NCBI RefSeq assembly: GCF_036321535.1 | Contig: NC_087436.1 | Location: 53,756,001 to 53,820,000 of the forward strand | Length of the DNA: 64,000 nt | DNA from: Camelus dromedarius | Lineage: Eukaryota | Direction of reading: 5' to 3' | In this document: piece by piece, positions 38,390 to 52,760 of the stretch | Layout: every line of letters begins with the position of its first letter | Numbering within the stretch: position 1 is the stretch's first letter | Notes under the pieces: model-generated | The model's input: the letters and a program-made list of their open reading frames with translations, nothing else | Database searches by the model: none | Told to the model about the DNA's origin: nothing | Translations under genes and position numbers: made by a program

Positions 38390-39620
38390 CACTTATTTGG
38401 CTTCTGAGACTCTCAGGTTCTCTCCTGTTTTACTAGCTGCCTCCTTTCAGTCTTCTCTGCAGGATCTTCTTCCTTGTCCCAAACTCTGAACATGGCATTC
38501 CCTAGGCATCTCTCTGTGTATTCTCTCCATAGATGACCTCATCCAATCCTGTCTTTACATTTCAGCCCCGTGCTGATGGACCGAGAAGCTCCCCTGAGTT
38601 TCAAATTCATGGGAACTGCCTGCTCAATGTCTCCACTTGGTGTCCGATAGAAATTTCAAATTTGACATGTTCAAAACCCAGCTCTTGATTTCAGTCTGCC
38701 AACTCCTGCTACTTTTCCAGTCTTCCTCGTCTCATTAATTAACACTGTGATCCAACCAGGTCTTCGAGACAAAAACCTGGCGGCCAACCTTGATTCCTTT
38801 CTTTCTCTTACTCTTAAGTAAGAGGATACTTAACCCATCGGCAAATCTTTAATGTCTGTCTCTAATCTGTATCAGGATTCTACTTTTGATTTCTCTACCC
38901 GACTCCCCAAGAACAAGCCTATTTTTTCCAGCCTGAATTATTGAAATAGGCTCCTAATTGATCTCACTATTACTCTCTCACTTCTACCTTATCTATTCTC
39001 GGCTCTGAGACCAGATAAATCTTTTTTAAAAAATGTAATTAGATCACATTCTTATCTGATCAGAATCTTCCAATGGCTGCCATCAGACTTAGGACAAAAG
39101 CCAAAGTCCCTATGTGGTCTACAAGGCCCATAAATGATCTGTCTCATGTTTCTTCTGTCCTCATCTCCTGCAATGATCACATCACTTGCTCTGCTTCAGC
39201 AACGCTGGATCAGTTATTATTTCTGGAAGACATCAAACATGATTCCATGTCTGGGCCTTTGCATTTGCTGTTCCCTCTGCAAGAAACACTATTCCTCCTG
39301 ACAGCCACATGGCTCTCTACTGCACTTGATGCAATTATCTGTTCAAATGTTACTTCTTCAGAGGCCTTTCCTGATCCCTCTGTTCTAAACAGCATCCCCC
39401 TCCTCTCATTCTCTCTCAACCCTGTTTAATTTTTATTCAGTGCACATATCATTACCTGACATTATATTAAAGCAAGACTGTATTTGTTTGGTGTGTCAAC
39501 TCTGTAAGTATCTAAACACCATGCAGGCAGTCTTTGTGTTTTTGGCTGCCCGCATGGTTATCCTCAGTACCTAGAATTTTGTTAGGCATACGGTAGGTGC
39601 TGAATAAATACTTGTTGATG
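38390..39620 (+). mobile_element. LINE-2 remnant
   Basis: ctcaatgtctccacttgg, gggcctttgcatttgctgttccctctg and gtaggtgctgaataaatacttgttga L2 motifs. Confidence 0.75.
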
Positions 39621-41886
39621 GTCTTGATTAAACCTATGGAATTTTGAAAATATTTAAATATTTATAGCAATGTCTTCCTGATCAAGAACACAGTATATTT
39701 TCCCATTTTCTCAATCTTTAATAATATATATATCTCAATAAAATTTTGCTCTTTTCTTTGAATAGGTGAAAGATACCAAGCCTTAAGGCTAGTTCTAGGA
39801 TATTTTATATTTTTCGTTGTTACTGTGTCTGGGCTCTCTGTATTCATTTTTTCTCACAACCATCTCAAAAAAATTTTAGAACTACATGTAAGTATGTATT
39901 GTAAAAGTTTCTAGTTGATTATTTCAATTGTATTGAAATGCTTTTGATTTCTTACATTCATCCCCTGTGTTTAATCAATTTTAAAATTATTTCTTTGTTC
40001 TAGTTATATAATGACTTCATCTCCCAAAGAGAGATATCATTTTATCTCTTCATTACTAATAATATACCTCTAATTTTGTATTATGTCTTATTGCATTGAC
40101 TATAACTTTCAGAACAATATTAAGTAATATTCTTCCTTTTCTACATATTTTTAATAAGGATATCACTAATGTCTTACTATTAAACATAATACTGGCTATT
40201 GGTTTTACTCTTATACTTTTCTTATATTAAAGAAATATTTTTTTCTATTTCTACTCTCAAAATAATGTTATTAGGGATTGGTGTTGAATCTTATCAAAAA
40301 CATTTCAAGCGTCTATAGAAGCAATTTTTTTTTTTGTATTTGATGTTTTATATTAATAGCCCTCCTATTATTTAATGATTTCTACCTTCCTGACTGTGGT
40401 GGCTTATTCCTTTATGTACTGCATAATGTAACTTGATAATACATGCACTGCAAAGTTGTGGCCATTTTATGTCTCTTGAATATATTGCTGGATATTTTAA
40501 TCCAAATTTTCTTGCTCCTTTTTCTTTCTTTTCAGGCTTTTTGCCATTTCACTATTACTACCAACCTTTATTATTATTGGCCAATAGATAAGAGGTAAGA
40601 AACCATTACTCTGTTTCAGAGTCTTGTCTCAAAATTTAAAATAGCCCTATCATCATCTTATTGAGTACAAAGGACCAGGTAGTGGATATCTATCGAGGAA
40701 GGTTCCCACAAGGCTCGGTTAGCAGGACATCACCTTCCATTGTAGAAAAGCCTGTCCAGCCCCCATCTGACAGTTGCTAACGGAAACTACCATTTGTTGA
40801 GAGCCTTTTTTTGTGTCAGACATCTTACACATTTTATCTCATTCAAACTTCACTTGAATCCTAGGAACTGGATGTTAATATTCCCATTTCACAAATTGGG
40901 AAACTGAAGTAGGGAAGGGCTAAATAAGGTGAACTAGGTCAAACAGCTGTTGGATGGCAGAGCTGGAATTTAAACAGAAGGCTCTCTGGCTCCAAGTCCA
41001 CTCTTTCTATACAGCTGCAAGGCTCACAGGGCAGTGCTCTGAAGAAGCAGAGGCTCAGGAAAGGGGATCAGATACAGCCATAGATAACCACACTCCAAGA
41101 CAGGATGTAATGACTGCCATGAAACATGGTCAAGCACAGTGTTTTCCATTGTGCTTCAGATTCATTTGGAGACTGTAGGGAGCCTTTAGGAAGGGAGGAG
41201 CATAGAATGGGGAGGAGGGTCTTCTAGGCTGAGGGAGCAGTAAGGGTGAAGGCGTGCAATCAGGAAAGCCTAGGACATGTTTACAGAAGAGCCCTTTAGT
41301 TGGTGGATTGTGTTCATGCTGCTCTGTAATTAAAGATGAGGCTGGAAACTTAGATTAGGTTCCTACTGTGGAACTTAAAAGATAGATGAAGGGGTTTATT
41401 TTTTAAGGTGGGCTACAGGGACCCATTGAAGTTTTTCAACAAGGGGCTAACAAAGTCAGATTAATATAGATTGAAGAGGGTAAAGTCGGGAGATGAGAGT
41501 CCCATAAACAAAAAATGGAGCCTGGTTGAGGAGTGGCAGTAGGAATAAAAAGATGAGACCTGATTTAAGGACAGATACAAGGGTAGGTTTGTTAAGCTTG
41601 TGCAGATAGGATGCTGGGAGCACAGGAGTGGCAGAATCAAAGATGCCTTCGGGTCCCTGGGAGCCTGAGACACTGGAAGAAGCATGGGGCCACTGACAGA
41701 TAGATGGATATTGGAGGCAGGGCTGGTTGGTGGGCGAAGAGCTGAAACACCCAGATGGAAGGTGGACGTCTCTCGAGAGTTGCACTTGGAGTCGTCTGCC
41801 TACAAATGATAACTGGCCTGTAGGAGGTTGTTGATGTCTTTTAATAGAATAAATAGTCTTAGTGAAGGTTGGAGAGCTGAAGCCAA

Positions 41887-42065
41887 GCAGAGATTCTCAA
41901 TCCTAGTTACGCATCAAAGTGACCTATGGATCTTAAAACCAAACCAAAGTGAAATAGCTGAAAAATTTCTGTTCCTACATCTGTTGACTCAGAATCTCAG
42001 GAGCCCAGGCCCCTGAATAGTTCCATGGGCGAATCTGTTGGGCAGCCAGAGTTGAGAACAACTAG
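41887..42065. mobile_element. MER5-like hAT MITE
   Basis: cagagattctcaatcc ... cagccagagttgagaacaact termini. Confidence 0.55.
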
Positions 42066-42499
42066 GTGAGGGGTAGGCATGTGCTGGGAGAAGGGAAGGA
42101 GGAAAGAGTGATACAGCTCTTCTCCCCGACCTGGAAGGGAGATGTGTCACCTGGGTTCTCTGTTTCCTGTTTCACATCCTCCAAGCATCTCTTCATTTTG
42201 CAGATTCTATCAATATCTAGTGAATACTTTAACTGACAGCCTTCTGGTGTCCTGAGCAGGCATTCGGCTCTCTTATTGTTGAATGTTAAAGAATCAGAGC
42301 ATGTAAGAGCTGGAAGGAAACAGTTGTTTTAGTCCAGGGGTTTGCAAACTTTCCTTGCCGTGGGTTACCTTTCAGAAAATGAAATCTTATGTAAAACCCC
42401 AATGTGTAAACAGAACAGAACTGTTCTGAGAGAACCACAGCCCAGAACCCACTTATTTTTCCCACTTGCCCCAAGCAGGGACTTTGGAGAGTTCTTTTA

Positions 42500-42637
42500 G
42501 CTCTCTTTTTTTTCCCCCTTTTTGTGGCGCAGGTGGAGGTAATTAGGTTTATGTATTTTTAGTGGAGGTACTGGGGATTGAACCCAGGACCTTGTGCATG
42601 TTGGGCATGTGCTTTACCACTTGAGCTACACCCCCAG
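42500..42637 (-). mobile_element. tRNA-Ala-derived SINE (Vic-1-like)
   Basis: ggaggtaattaggtttat...ggtactggggattgaacccaggacc...ccacttgagctacacccc. Confidence 0.88.
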
Positions 42638-43599
42638 CCCTGACAATTCTTCTAGATCAAGATCTCTAGCCCACAAATTCAATCTAACCTCCTCCCTTTC
42701 AGATAAGAAAACTAAGGTTTTTAAGAAGTGAAGTAACTGATTTAAGGCGTCAAGTTAATTAGGGTAGATTTCCTAAGCCCTGGTACAGTTTTCCTCCCTT
42801 TGCAGGGTGTTGCCTCCCCCTCCATCAGTCTAACGTCACCCGAAAATTCACGTTCATTTCAACAGAGAAAGGCGCTCAGGGAATTAAATTACCCACCACA
42901 GCTTTGGTACAAGGTTAAGTGAGGGAAGAGGCTGCAACTCCTGACTGCCCTGAATTATGTGGTTTATCTGCAGGGATCTCATTTGCCTGTGCTGCTCCAG
43001 TTTCAATTCTCTCGTAATTCTGAGTGGCCTGTAAAGTCGTTATCTTGCCAACTCAGGGAGATAAAAAAGCCTTGTTAGTTTGAAAGGGAAAGTTTCCGTG
43101 ATTGAAATTTTATCAGCAGGATAGGCATGGAAAAACTTTTTTTATACATATCTGAGGAAGAAGTAATAAGACCTAAGGAATTATAATTGAAAATGAGAAT
43201 TGTTAAGTGTCTTTTGCATATTTTATGTGACTGTCAAAAGAGGCTATTCAGAGGCATATTTGATACTGAATACACTTTTGGCATCTAATAGACTTCCTAT
43301 TTACCCCAAAGCCATCTCCTGGCTGCAACTCGACTCCTTGGGAATGTTTGTCACAATGAAAGGAGCCACAACTTCTAAAGAGGCTAAGATACATTTCTGA
43401 GCTTGAGGAGCGTTAACTTTGAATTCCTGTATCTTTTAAAATTTATTCAGAAACTTGAAAGAATCTTCCCAAACAATTGCAGCTAGGAGTTCTAACTGCT
43501 CTACTCATCATGCTGTTTATTTGTACAATGTGCCTTTGCTGAGCTGAGTTGCTAATACTTAGCTGTATAATCATGGCTTTAGATGAGATCATCAGTCCA

Positions 43600-43713
43600 G
43601 GGATGGGAGGTATATAGTTCAGTGGTAGAGCATGTGCTTGGTGTGCACGAGGTCCTAGGTTCAATCTCCAGTGTCTCTGTTAAGGAAAAAAAATATATTT
43701 TTTTTAAAAAAAA
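43600..43713 (+). mobile_element. tRNA-Ala-derived SINE (short form)
   Basis: tagttcagtggtagagcatgtgctt...gaggtcctaggttcaatctccag then A-rich tail. Confidence 0.85.
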
Positions 43714-43780
43714 CACCAGTACATTTCTCTGCTACTATACAGGAATATATTCAATCACAGAAGACTGAATTCATCTTCTT

Positions 43781-43910
43781 GGCTCATATTGTTTGTTTTA
43801 TGAGGGAGAGGTAATTAGGTTTCTTCATTGATTTCTGCTTGGAGGAAATCGAACTCCTGACCTCTTGGGTGCTAAGCATGCGCTCTACCACTTGAGCTAT
43901 ACCCTTCCTC
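43781..43910 (-). mobile_element. tRNA-Ala-derived SINE (Vic-1-like)
   Basis: gaggtaattaggttt...gctaagcatgcgctctaccacttgagctatac; perfect 16-bp TSD ctgaattcatcttctt (43765-43780 / 43911-43926). Confidence 0.9.
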
Positions 43911-46900
43911 CTGAATTCATCTTCTTAAGGAGACTTGGAGCATGATTTTCCTTTTCTTAGTGCCAGGTGATTCTACAGGCCACTATGTAACTCACAACTT
44001 CTTGTTCAAGTCTCAAATAAATGATCTCCTAGCACCCTATCAGAATATGCATTTCTTTTACATCTGGCATCATTGCAAATTTTCTTCCTCAGTATTTTAA
44101 GGAAGGGCCTGGTCTTTGTGTACATGGGGGAGACAGTGCTCTAACTACAGATCCATCTTTAATTTATGATAAGTCAGCAGCAAAACTGCCAGCATAGAGA
44201 CTTTTCCCCAGCTGTGGCAACCTCATGGAATGACGAAACCTCACAGGCACCCAACTTTGCATGGCGACCCATCATATAGGTGCTTATCTTAGCACCAAGT
44301 TGCTCCTGAGAGCCCAACTCACATTTATTCACATAGTAGTACTAAAAAAAATTGGCAGTTTGATAAATGAATAATTCAGCTAACACATTCAGTCTTTAAT
44401 GTCTGGAAAATTCATGCTGTTTGCATTTCTCCCTGACTCTCCCTCCTTCTTCCTTTACTGCATGTCAGCAGCCAGAGCAGCTGTGGATTGAAATACACGT
44501 GTTAATTTCCAGGCTCCAGCCATTGCTCCTCCTCCTCCTCCCTTTCTCCTCTGCCTTTGGCCACTCCTCATCCTCAGAGACTGGGGCTGGTCACTTAGCC
44601 CTGTGCCTTGAGGAGAAGCTCACCCCAGCTATGCATATTGTCCTGGTAGCTGGGGCGAAAGGTATAGAATTATGATAATGATGATATACCTTGGGTTTAC
44701 AGAAATACCCAGTGTACAAAGCACACTCACCTTCATTTTCCCCATAGATGACAAGGCTTGAATCCAATCTACACAGGGCACCTCCCTCCTACCATGAGAC
44801 TCTCTGGAACAGTTTGAAAATGTGCTGAACTCAGTATTTCCCCAAATTCCCCAGCATAGCACTTGTTAAAAATTCTGATTCCTGGACCCCAAATAGACTT
44901 ACTGAAAATGAACGTCTAGGGAAAGGACCTGGGAATTTATGTTTATGTCAATAGCCCTAGATGATTCTTACCACCAGACAAGGCTAGAAAACAGTGCTCT
45001 GGAAAACGTCTATGGTTCTCAATGGCTCAGTGACAGCAGTCCTGGGAGGGCCCAATGACCAAAGTGCTGGGCATTTCTGTGCTGCCAGAGATATATCAAT
45101 AGCAGGGTGCCAACGGAGAGACTGGGTACAGGAGAGTCCTCCTAGGCTACATCCTTGGTCCTAGAGAGATACTCTAGATGGTGGTGAGTCTTGTGGGGCC
45201 GAGGAGTCAAGAGGAAGGGACAAACCCACTCTTTGTAACAGCAGTTGACCCCCTCTTAATAGTCTTGGCCCAGACCTGGTGTTTCGACTGACCTAGGTGT
45301 GCAGTTGGATGTGTTCTTCCCTCCAGGAGGGTTGCCTGGTCCATGAGAGCAACAGTATACAGAGTTGTTCCTCTGCTTCACAGAGAATCTTCCCTGCTCC
45401 AGACAGTCTTGGAGAGAAAGCGGTGGTGATGGACCAGTGGGAGCAGAGGGGCAAATGGAAGCTGAGGTTCCAGAAGCTGCAACTTGAGACCTTTCCCATT
45501 TCTCAGGTTATATAAGGCAGCAAGGTGCTAGGGCTTAACCTATGGTACTTTGGTTATTCCTAATTCATCATACTGAGGGGTAATAGTTCCTGTTCTGTAC
45601 CTCAAACTTTAGTTTCCCATGGTGACATTAGGTATTTATAGAGCAAATCTGAACATATAATTTTAGAATCCCAATCATCTTATGCCTTTTTTTTTATGTT
45701 TAGAGGATAAATGATCATTGACTTGAAATAAAGCAAAAATGAGTTTTTAGTTATAAACCATTACTGTGTATTTTATGCCTAATAGCTCAATCATGTCACT
45801 CTGGGATCGATGAATTTGAAGAAACATGGAAATTTATTGGCTGTGGCTGTGAATCTAGCGATGTGGAGATGCTGCATTTATATATGTTAATTTGATTCAT
45901 ATGCAAGTCAAAACATGCATATTTTTAATCAGCAGATGGTTTAATATGCTTTCCACACTTGTAAAAAATGAAAAGTACTGTGAGCTATTTTTTGCCTTGT
46001 CATTCATTCTGTCAACAGCATTTATTGTGAACCCAGTGAATGTGGTGCATTTGGGTACAAGGCAGAGTTACAAACACAATAGAAAACAGGTCCCTTTGTA
46101 GGAAAAGATAGGATAAGCGTGGACACAGATTTTGCTCACTTGATGCTTTGAGGATTGTTTCTCTGAAATTGTATGTGTCACCTGAACTTTTGTGACGCAA
46201 TTGGATTTCTTGCATATTAGAATTTCAGAGCTGCTTTGTAACTATTTCTGTTTGACCTTTCATTGCCATTTTATGCTAAAGTTATTAATGAATTCATTCA
46301 TTTATTCAGTAAATAATATTATGCAGTCAGCACTTGTGGAATATTTGAAAGGTAACACACTACAGAGAAAATCTGATTCCTGCCCTCAAGGAGTTCGCAG
46401 TCTCATAGAAAAGGTAGCTGACTGACTAAAATGAAAAACTCAGGCCTTCAGCTGAGAAGGTAGCTAAGGCTCTCACCACCACATCCCCATCACGTCAGGT
46501 ATATGGGATGCTCCCAGGAGGCTTGAGAGGGGCCAGAGCTCCTCTGGGAGGAGAAAAACACAGGCGGCTGGTCTCCTGGGTAAGACTGTGTGCTAAAGAG
46601 GGACCCCAGCTTCCTGACATCTCTTTCCAGAGCACGTATGCACTCTCAACAGCCTTTGTTGGGTTGTCCCTGATCAATTAGTGAACAATTAAGTTTTACT
46701 GGAGAAGCTCCTTGGTTAAAGGAATACTTGGGTAAATCCCTCTGTAAAAGGGAGCCTTTTATATGCAATCATCTCTACTTTCATTTTTTTCACTTCTGTT
46801 AGATTTCTTCAAGTGAGAACATACACAACTCGTAACCTTGGAGTGCATATATATTGGACATTTAATTTTGATCATATTTAGACTTGTGCAAGCAACTTAT

Positions 46901-46954
46901 TTCTGTGTTTTGAACTATTCTTCAGCTTGTTATTTGTTGTAAATGTAGACTGTT

Positions 46955-47555
46955 TAATGTGCTAAAATATAGAGACCATAAAATTTAGCATTTTAACCAA
47001 TTCTAAGTGTACAGTTCAGTGGCATTAAGTATTGGCCATGTTGTGCAACCATCACCACCATCCATTTCTGGGACTTTTTCATCATCTCAAACAGAAGCTC
47101 TGCGCCTATTAAACAATAACTCTTCATCCCCTTCTCCCTCAGTCCCTGGTAATCTCCATTCTACTTTCTGTCTCTGTGAATTTGCTTATTCTAGGTACTT
47201 GTCTTAAGTAGCTTCACACAATATGTGTTCTTATGTGTCTGTGTCTTATTTCACTCAGCATGTTTTCAAGATTCAGCCATGTTGTAGCATGTATCAAAAT
47301 ATTCCTTTTTCAACCTGAATCATAAACTATTGAATGTAAGCATATTTTGTTTATCCATTCATCTGTTGATGGAACTTCGATTGTTTCTAACTTTTGGCTA
47401 TTGTGCTGTTATGAGCATTGGTATACAAGTATCTCTTTGGGTCCCTGCTTTCAATTCTTGTGGGTTATATACCCAGGAGTAGAACTGCTCAAACATCTGT
47501 TAATTCTGTTTAACTTTTTGAGGAACAGCCAAACTGTTTTCCACAATGGCTATAC
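46955..47555 (-). mobile_element. L1MB-like 3' end
   Basis: taagtgtacagttcagtggcattaagta...ttgaggaacagccaaactgttttccacaatggct. Confidence 0.8.
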
Positions 47556-47645
47556 CTCTGTGGTTAAGTATAAATCTTAAAGGTTATTCTTTCAGAGTCT
47601 TGAACTGATTCAAATAAATGATTCACGTATAAGATGGTCAGTCTT

Positions 47646-47767
47646 AAAATGTGACAATGAATATAAGTATGTTCATGTATAACTGAAAAATTGTGCTCTA
47701 CACTGGAATTTGACACAACATTGTAAAATGACTATAACTCAATTAAAAAATGTAAAAAGAAAAAAAA
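47646..47767 (+). mobile_element. Short young L1 3' end (same family as 7046-7502)
   Basis: aaaatgtgacaatga...gaatttgacacaacattgtaaaatga near-identical to 7387-7500; TSD aagatggtcagtctt / aagacggtcgatctt. Confidence 0.88.
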
Positions 47768-50700
47768 AAGACGGTCGATCTTTGTAAATGGAACTAGTTT
47801 TTGTTCCTAGTAGAGTTGCACCTTAATGTTACTATTACAGAAAAGTTAAAAAAAAAAAAAAGAACTAGAAGAGGGTTTTTTCGTGATTCTGTATCACACT
47901 GTACTTTGCTGGAATTGTAGCACTTAGCTCATTTCAATCTTAGAGCAGAAACCATGACTGCAGATGTGTTCAGTGGGAGATGTGCTCAATAAATATTTGT
48001 TGTTGAATCAATTGATTCTGCATAATAAAACCTAAATGGATATCTGATGAATCTGCTAATGTCTATTCCCTGTTTCTGGACATTAGGTTCAACGTTCCAC
48101 CAATTATAGTTCCATTGGAAAGAGATACATCACAGAAGCAAAGTTTTTAGAAGGTAAGAGAAACCAAACAGTGAGAGAGGAAATTACTGAATATGATTAG
48201 CATGCCTAGTGTTAAATGGGGGCAGATTTTATAAGGCATTGAAATGCTTAACTGCAAAATAATTTGATTTGGTGATAGAGGGAAGGAAGGGTGGAGTTGG
48301 TGGGATGGGAATGGCATTTTGAGATTGTTTGGAAGAGGAGTGAGTTAGGAATGTAGGGGAGCATGCATGCATGTTTGCCTTATCAAAAAAGGAAACAAAG
48401 ACTGATACGAGGTGGAAAAGCAAATCACTTAAGGGTTAGCGATATGGGGCGACGAGGTTAGAATCTTGACTGGTATCCAGAGCCGGGAAATTGAGTGGAC
48501 TTGCTTCTGCTCTGATGGAGGAATTCTCTATGCCAGTTTTGGGCACTGGCAAACAGAAAATATGATGGGTTTAAGTTTTTTTCTCTGCAGAATGAGATCA
48601 ATCATACAAAAATATTATTGAAGAAAATATTCAATACTGATAGTAGTTTTCTTTGGAAATGTTGTCATGGGTGATTCTTTAATAATGTCTCCAGTATTTT
48701 CTAAAGATTGCAGAATGAGAACATCCTATTTTGGAAATCAGAAAAAAAAAAGTTAACATTTGTCTCTGAAAAGTGCAGCTTCAAAAGTTCACATAGTATT
48801 GACTAGGAATTTTATGGTCTAAGCCATAAAACAGGCACTGAGTGATTTAATCAGAAGGCAGATTCGCTAGGAGGAAGGAAGCTAGCTTATGGGACCAGAG
48901 GGAGGGCAGAAGACCCAGGAGGATCCCGAAGGTGTTAAGGGTGGCCTCAGACTTGTCCGGGGGCTGCAGTCAGTGAACTTGGCAGTTTTGGGGTTTTTTT
49001 CCCCTCCCCCTGCGCAGTATCATGAAAGGGGGTTTCCAATTGACCGAACGTGTGTCATGCACTTGCCCTAGTGAGGTGAGAGTTGGGCCTGGCACCTTGA
49101 GTCAGAGGCCTCACTGTTTCCAAAGCAAGAGGAAACTGAGGTGATATTTCCAAAAGAAGGTGGAATAAAAAAAAAAAATCAATGCCTGCTCTGTCATATT
49201 TTGTAAAAGAATTCATTTTATTACACAAGCAATTATAATTGATTTTAAAAAGTAAAACAACTGTGTTCTACATATGCTTGTTTAATCATATTTATGAGTG
49301 AGACATGCTTTCTTTTTCTGTTCTTCCTGGGGCCTCCAAACTAGCTTCTTTAATGGGTATGTGTGGGCGTGGGGCCAGAAGGGCATAGGCGTGGTACTGA
49401 TTGTGGGGATCCATTGTATTTTAGAGAAATCTAATAGTTTAATCTACTCCCTTTTCAACCAAAGAACAGTAGGCACAATATTTAATTCACTAATATAACA
49501 AAAATTTACATTATGGCCAATTAAAAAATGTTTTAAGTCTACTTCATTAGGTAATGGATTTGAGGTGGGAGGACCTGCTGTTTTAATCAAGGTTCTTTGA
49601 TTTCAAATATGAGATGCCTGTGGCAAAGTAGCTTGAGCCAAAATGGGATGCCATGGAAGAATTCTATCTAAAAACCTCATAAACCTCAAGGATAGGGTCC
49701 TCTTGAAGAAATCCAGAAGTAGAAAGCCTTTAGCAGGGCTGGAAGCTTTTCAGAGCACAAAATGTACAGCCCACGCTGTCAGAGACTCTGACCTAGTCTC
49801 TCTCTGTGTTTGTGCTTCCTTCCTCTTTCTGCAGAGAGAGTCTTGGCTTCCTCCTGGGAACACAGCACTCCCCCCCTCACACCTCTTGAAAATATCACCT
49901 CCATTTCAGCCATGTGCAGGGATCCCTTTTCTAAGGAATCTCAACTGGAGAGAGACAGACTCTCCAGCTGGCCCCGCCTGGATCAACTCTGACCTGTCAG
50001 CCATGATGTACAGACGTGGCTGGAGGTGGGGAAGCACTTTGTGGTTGAGAAAGCGAGAGAAAGGAGTGGGTGTGAACTGGTCAGACTGTGCTAAAGGTTT
50101 CCCCTGTGTAGTTGAAGAGAGACAGGAACAGTTGGGGAAGAGGTGGGGGAGGGATAAGGAGAAAAAGAGTGGTGCTGAGAGAAGCGTGGAAACCCTGCTG
50201 GTGACTCAAGAAGAGAAAATCAAAGGGTCGGGGGAGAACACCAGAAGGAGAGTGTTTAAAACAGAACACTCTGAGCTGCAGGAAACAGAAAACCTCCCTC
50301 AGGGTGCCTCCACCAACGCATTCTCTCCTGGGACAGGAAGCCCTGAGGTAACAAATCAGCCAGGTGACGATGGCTCGGTTCTTTTCATTTCCTCACTCTG
50401 CCATCTTTGGAGTGGTCTTTATGGTCATGCTGTAGAGGATCCAGGTGTCACATCCAAACACAATTAAGTCCAATGCCGAAAAGAGGACATCTCTTTGACT
50501 TGAGGAAACTACCAGCAGATTCTCCTCATTGGCCAAAGTTGTCTCATGCCCATTTCTGGACCAGACATTGGCAAGAGGCTGGGTTTGGCTCAGAAGGTCA
50601 AGCCTCATTCACTGGAGTTGGGTCTTCCCAAAGAATGTGGGTGTGAAAAGAGTGGTGATGCTGGAACACCACCCGGGATCTGAGAGGAAGGAGGCATTGG

Positions 50701-52729
50701 GGGTGGGTAGGCAACCACCAGGGCTGGCCACAGAGCAGGAAAAGGAAAATAGAGGATGAGAGTTGCAGAGAGACAAAGAAAGGGAGGAGGGAGGTGGAAA
50801 GGTGGGTGGGAAACACAGAGACTGACAAGCTCATTAAATTTGGTGTCTTAGGTTAACATGCTGTTGTCATATCTTGCTGTCTAGCTAGGCAACTATTAGA
50901 AGAACATGCTTTACCTGCTCTCACTGCCATTTGAAAGGCTGATTAACTTTTCAGTAATTAAACTTATTAACCATTTTTTCAACCTCAGAAATATAAAGGA
51001 GATGGCTATAACATCTCCAGGGAGAAAATTACTCTTTTTTTTTTTTTCCCTCCTTAAAATAGGTCAGAATTGATTGAGTCATGAAAAGTTGTGCTGAAAT
51101 AAATAGAATGATTCCTTAGTTATTGGTTTATGTCTTTATTGATAGTTGTATCCATGTAATTGTAAAAGCAATATAACCACGTTAAAAAAATGGAAAGCAG
51201 AAACGTGAAAACGAAATCCCCACAGTCCCACCATCTAACAACTGTTATTATTTGGCAAGAATTAACTCCTAACTTTTTTTCGTATAATCGCCTACAGTTT
51301 TGTAGGTTGACTTGTTTTTCAAAACAGGCATATTATATACATGTACAAAATTTGTACACATACATGGTACAAATTTTGAAAACAGAAGAGTATATTAAAA
51401 AAAAAAAAGCAGTAATCTCATCGAAAAATAAAGCGGGTCTCCCTCCCATTATATCTTTAGCCCTGCGGTCTGTACTCCCCAATCCCCTAAACTATTACTA
51501 CATTCTTTTGTTTTCTTCCATACGTAGCCTACCCATTAACAAGGAAATATGCCAACACACTATATTATTACAACTATTTTTTACAAAATGGTAGCCTACT
51601 ATGTATACTGTTTTGTACCTTGCTTTTTTCATCTAATTTTCATATTACTTTGAGATAGTTCCACATATAGTACCTTTAAAAATTAACATTATAATGTATT
51701 CACACATTGCCACATCCTCTTTATGATCAGCATCCTTAATGTCTATCAAAGGTCTGACTCAGTGATTCATCCATATTTTAGATAAATATTTCTCAAGCAC
51801 CTGAAGCATGTGCAGGGCGCTCGTGATTCTAAGATCAAAAGGCGATAGACCACACCCTTGAAGGAGTCGCAGTGGAGTGGAGGAGACCAGCAGGTAAACA
51901 AGTAATTACAGGTCGTCTCCAAGTGCCAATGCAGAGAATGTAAGAGGTGTTGGGGGAACAAAAGACAGAGCCTTTAAATGCGGATCAAAAATGTTGAGGA
52001 TAAGTAAGAGAGCCCAGCTCACAGACACAGGCAGGGAGGGTGCTTCAGGCAGAGACCAGGAATGCTCTGGGCAAAGCAGAGAAATGTGAAGCCACATGGT
52101 GGTCCAGGTGGCTACAGGAAGTTGGGGATAGCCCCTACTCTAGCCTCTTGTAGCTGTGGCCAAGTCTTCAATATAAATAATGCTGTGACGTACAACGTGC
52201 AGGATATAACTTTTTCCCTATTTTGAAGTATTTCTTTGGCTAAATTCCCAGAAGTGGGACTGCTGAGTCAAAATGTAGGGGAGCACTCTGACCTGTAACA
52301 TACAGCCAAAATGCTTTCCAAATGGCCAGTATCATTTTACAGTGCCATAAGCAATGTATGAGCAAAGCATGCTTATTGTCTCTGTATCTTTATCAGCGAT
52401 TTGTTTTAACATCTATTTCTTTAATTACTTTAAGGTTACTTTTCACCATATATTTACTACTATTTGGTTTCTTTGTATGTGATTTATTTGTTTTCTGTTT
52501 ATACTCAATCATTGAGATTCTGTATTTTACCTTACCTGTATGAGCCCTACTTATAATACAGCTATTCATACTTCTTTCAAATTTGCCATCACTATTTTTG
52601 TTGTTGTTGTTTGTTTTGATTTAGGTTGCTGTTTAAAACAATGTTTGACACAGAAGTTTTAAGATATTACCCAGACATATCCATTGATTATTTTCTTCTG
52701 TTGCTTCTAAGTTGAGAAATACTTCTAGC

Positions 52730-52760
52730 CAGAGTCCAGAGTGCTCACCATTACATGGAA
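52730..52760 (-). pseudogene. Tailless retropseudogene: 5' half of tRNA-Gln(CTG)
   Basis: The - strand reads TTCCAT---GTAATGGTGAGCACTCTGGACTCTG versus tRNA-Gln GGTTCCATGGTGTAATGGTGAGCACTCTGGACTCTG; flanked by the 18-bp direct repeat aat(a/g)cttctagccagagt. Confidence 0.8.

Noticed and set aside
49643..50467. 274-aa ORF
   Set aside because: No recognisable domain or splice structure; purine-rich sequence that looks like an old LTR remnant. BLASTP and RepeatMasker would settle it
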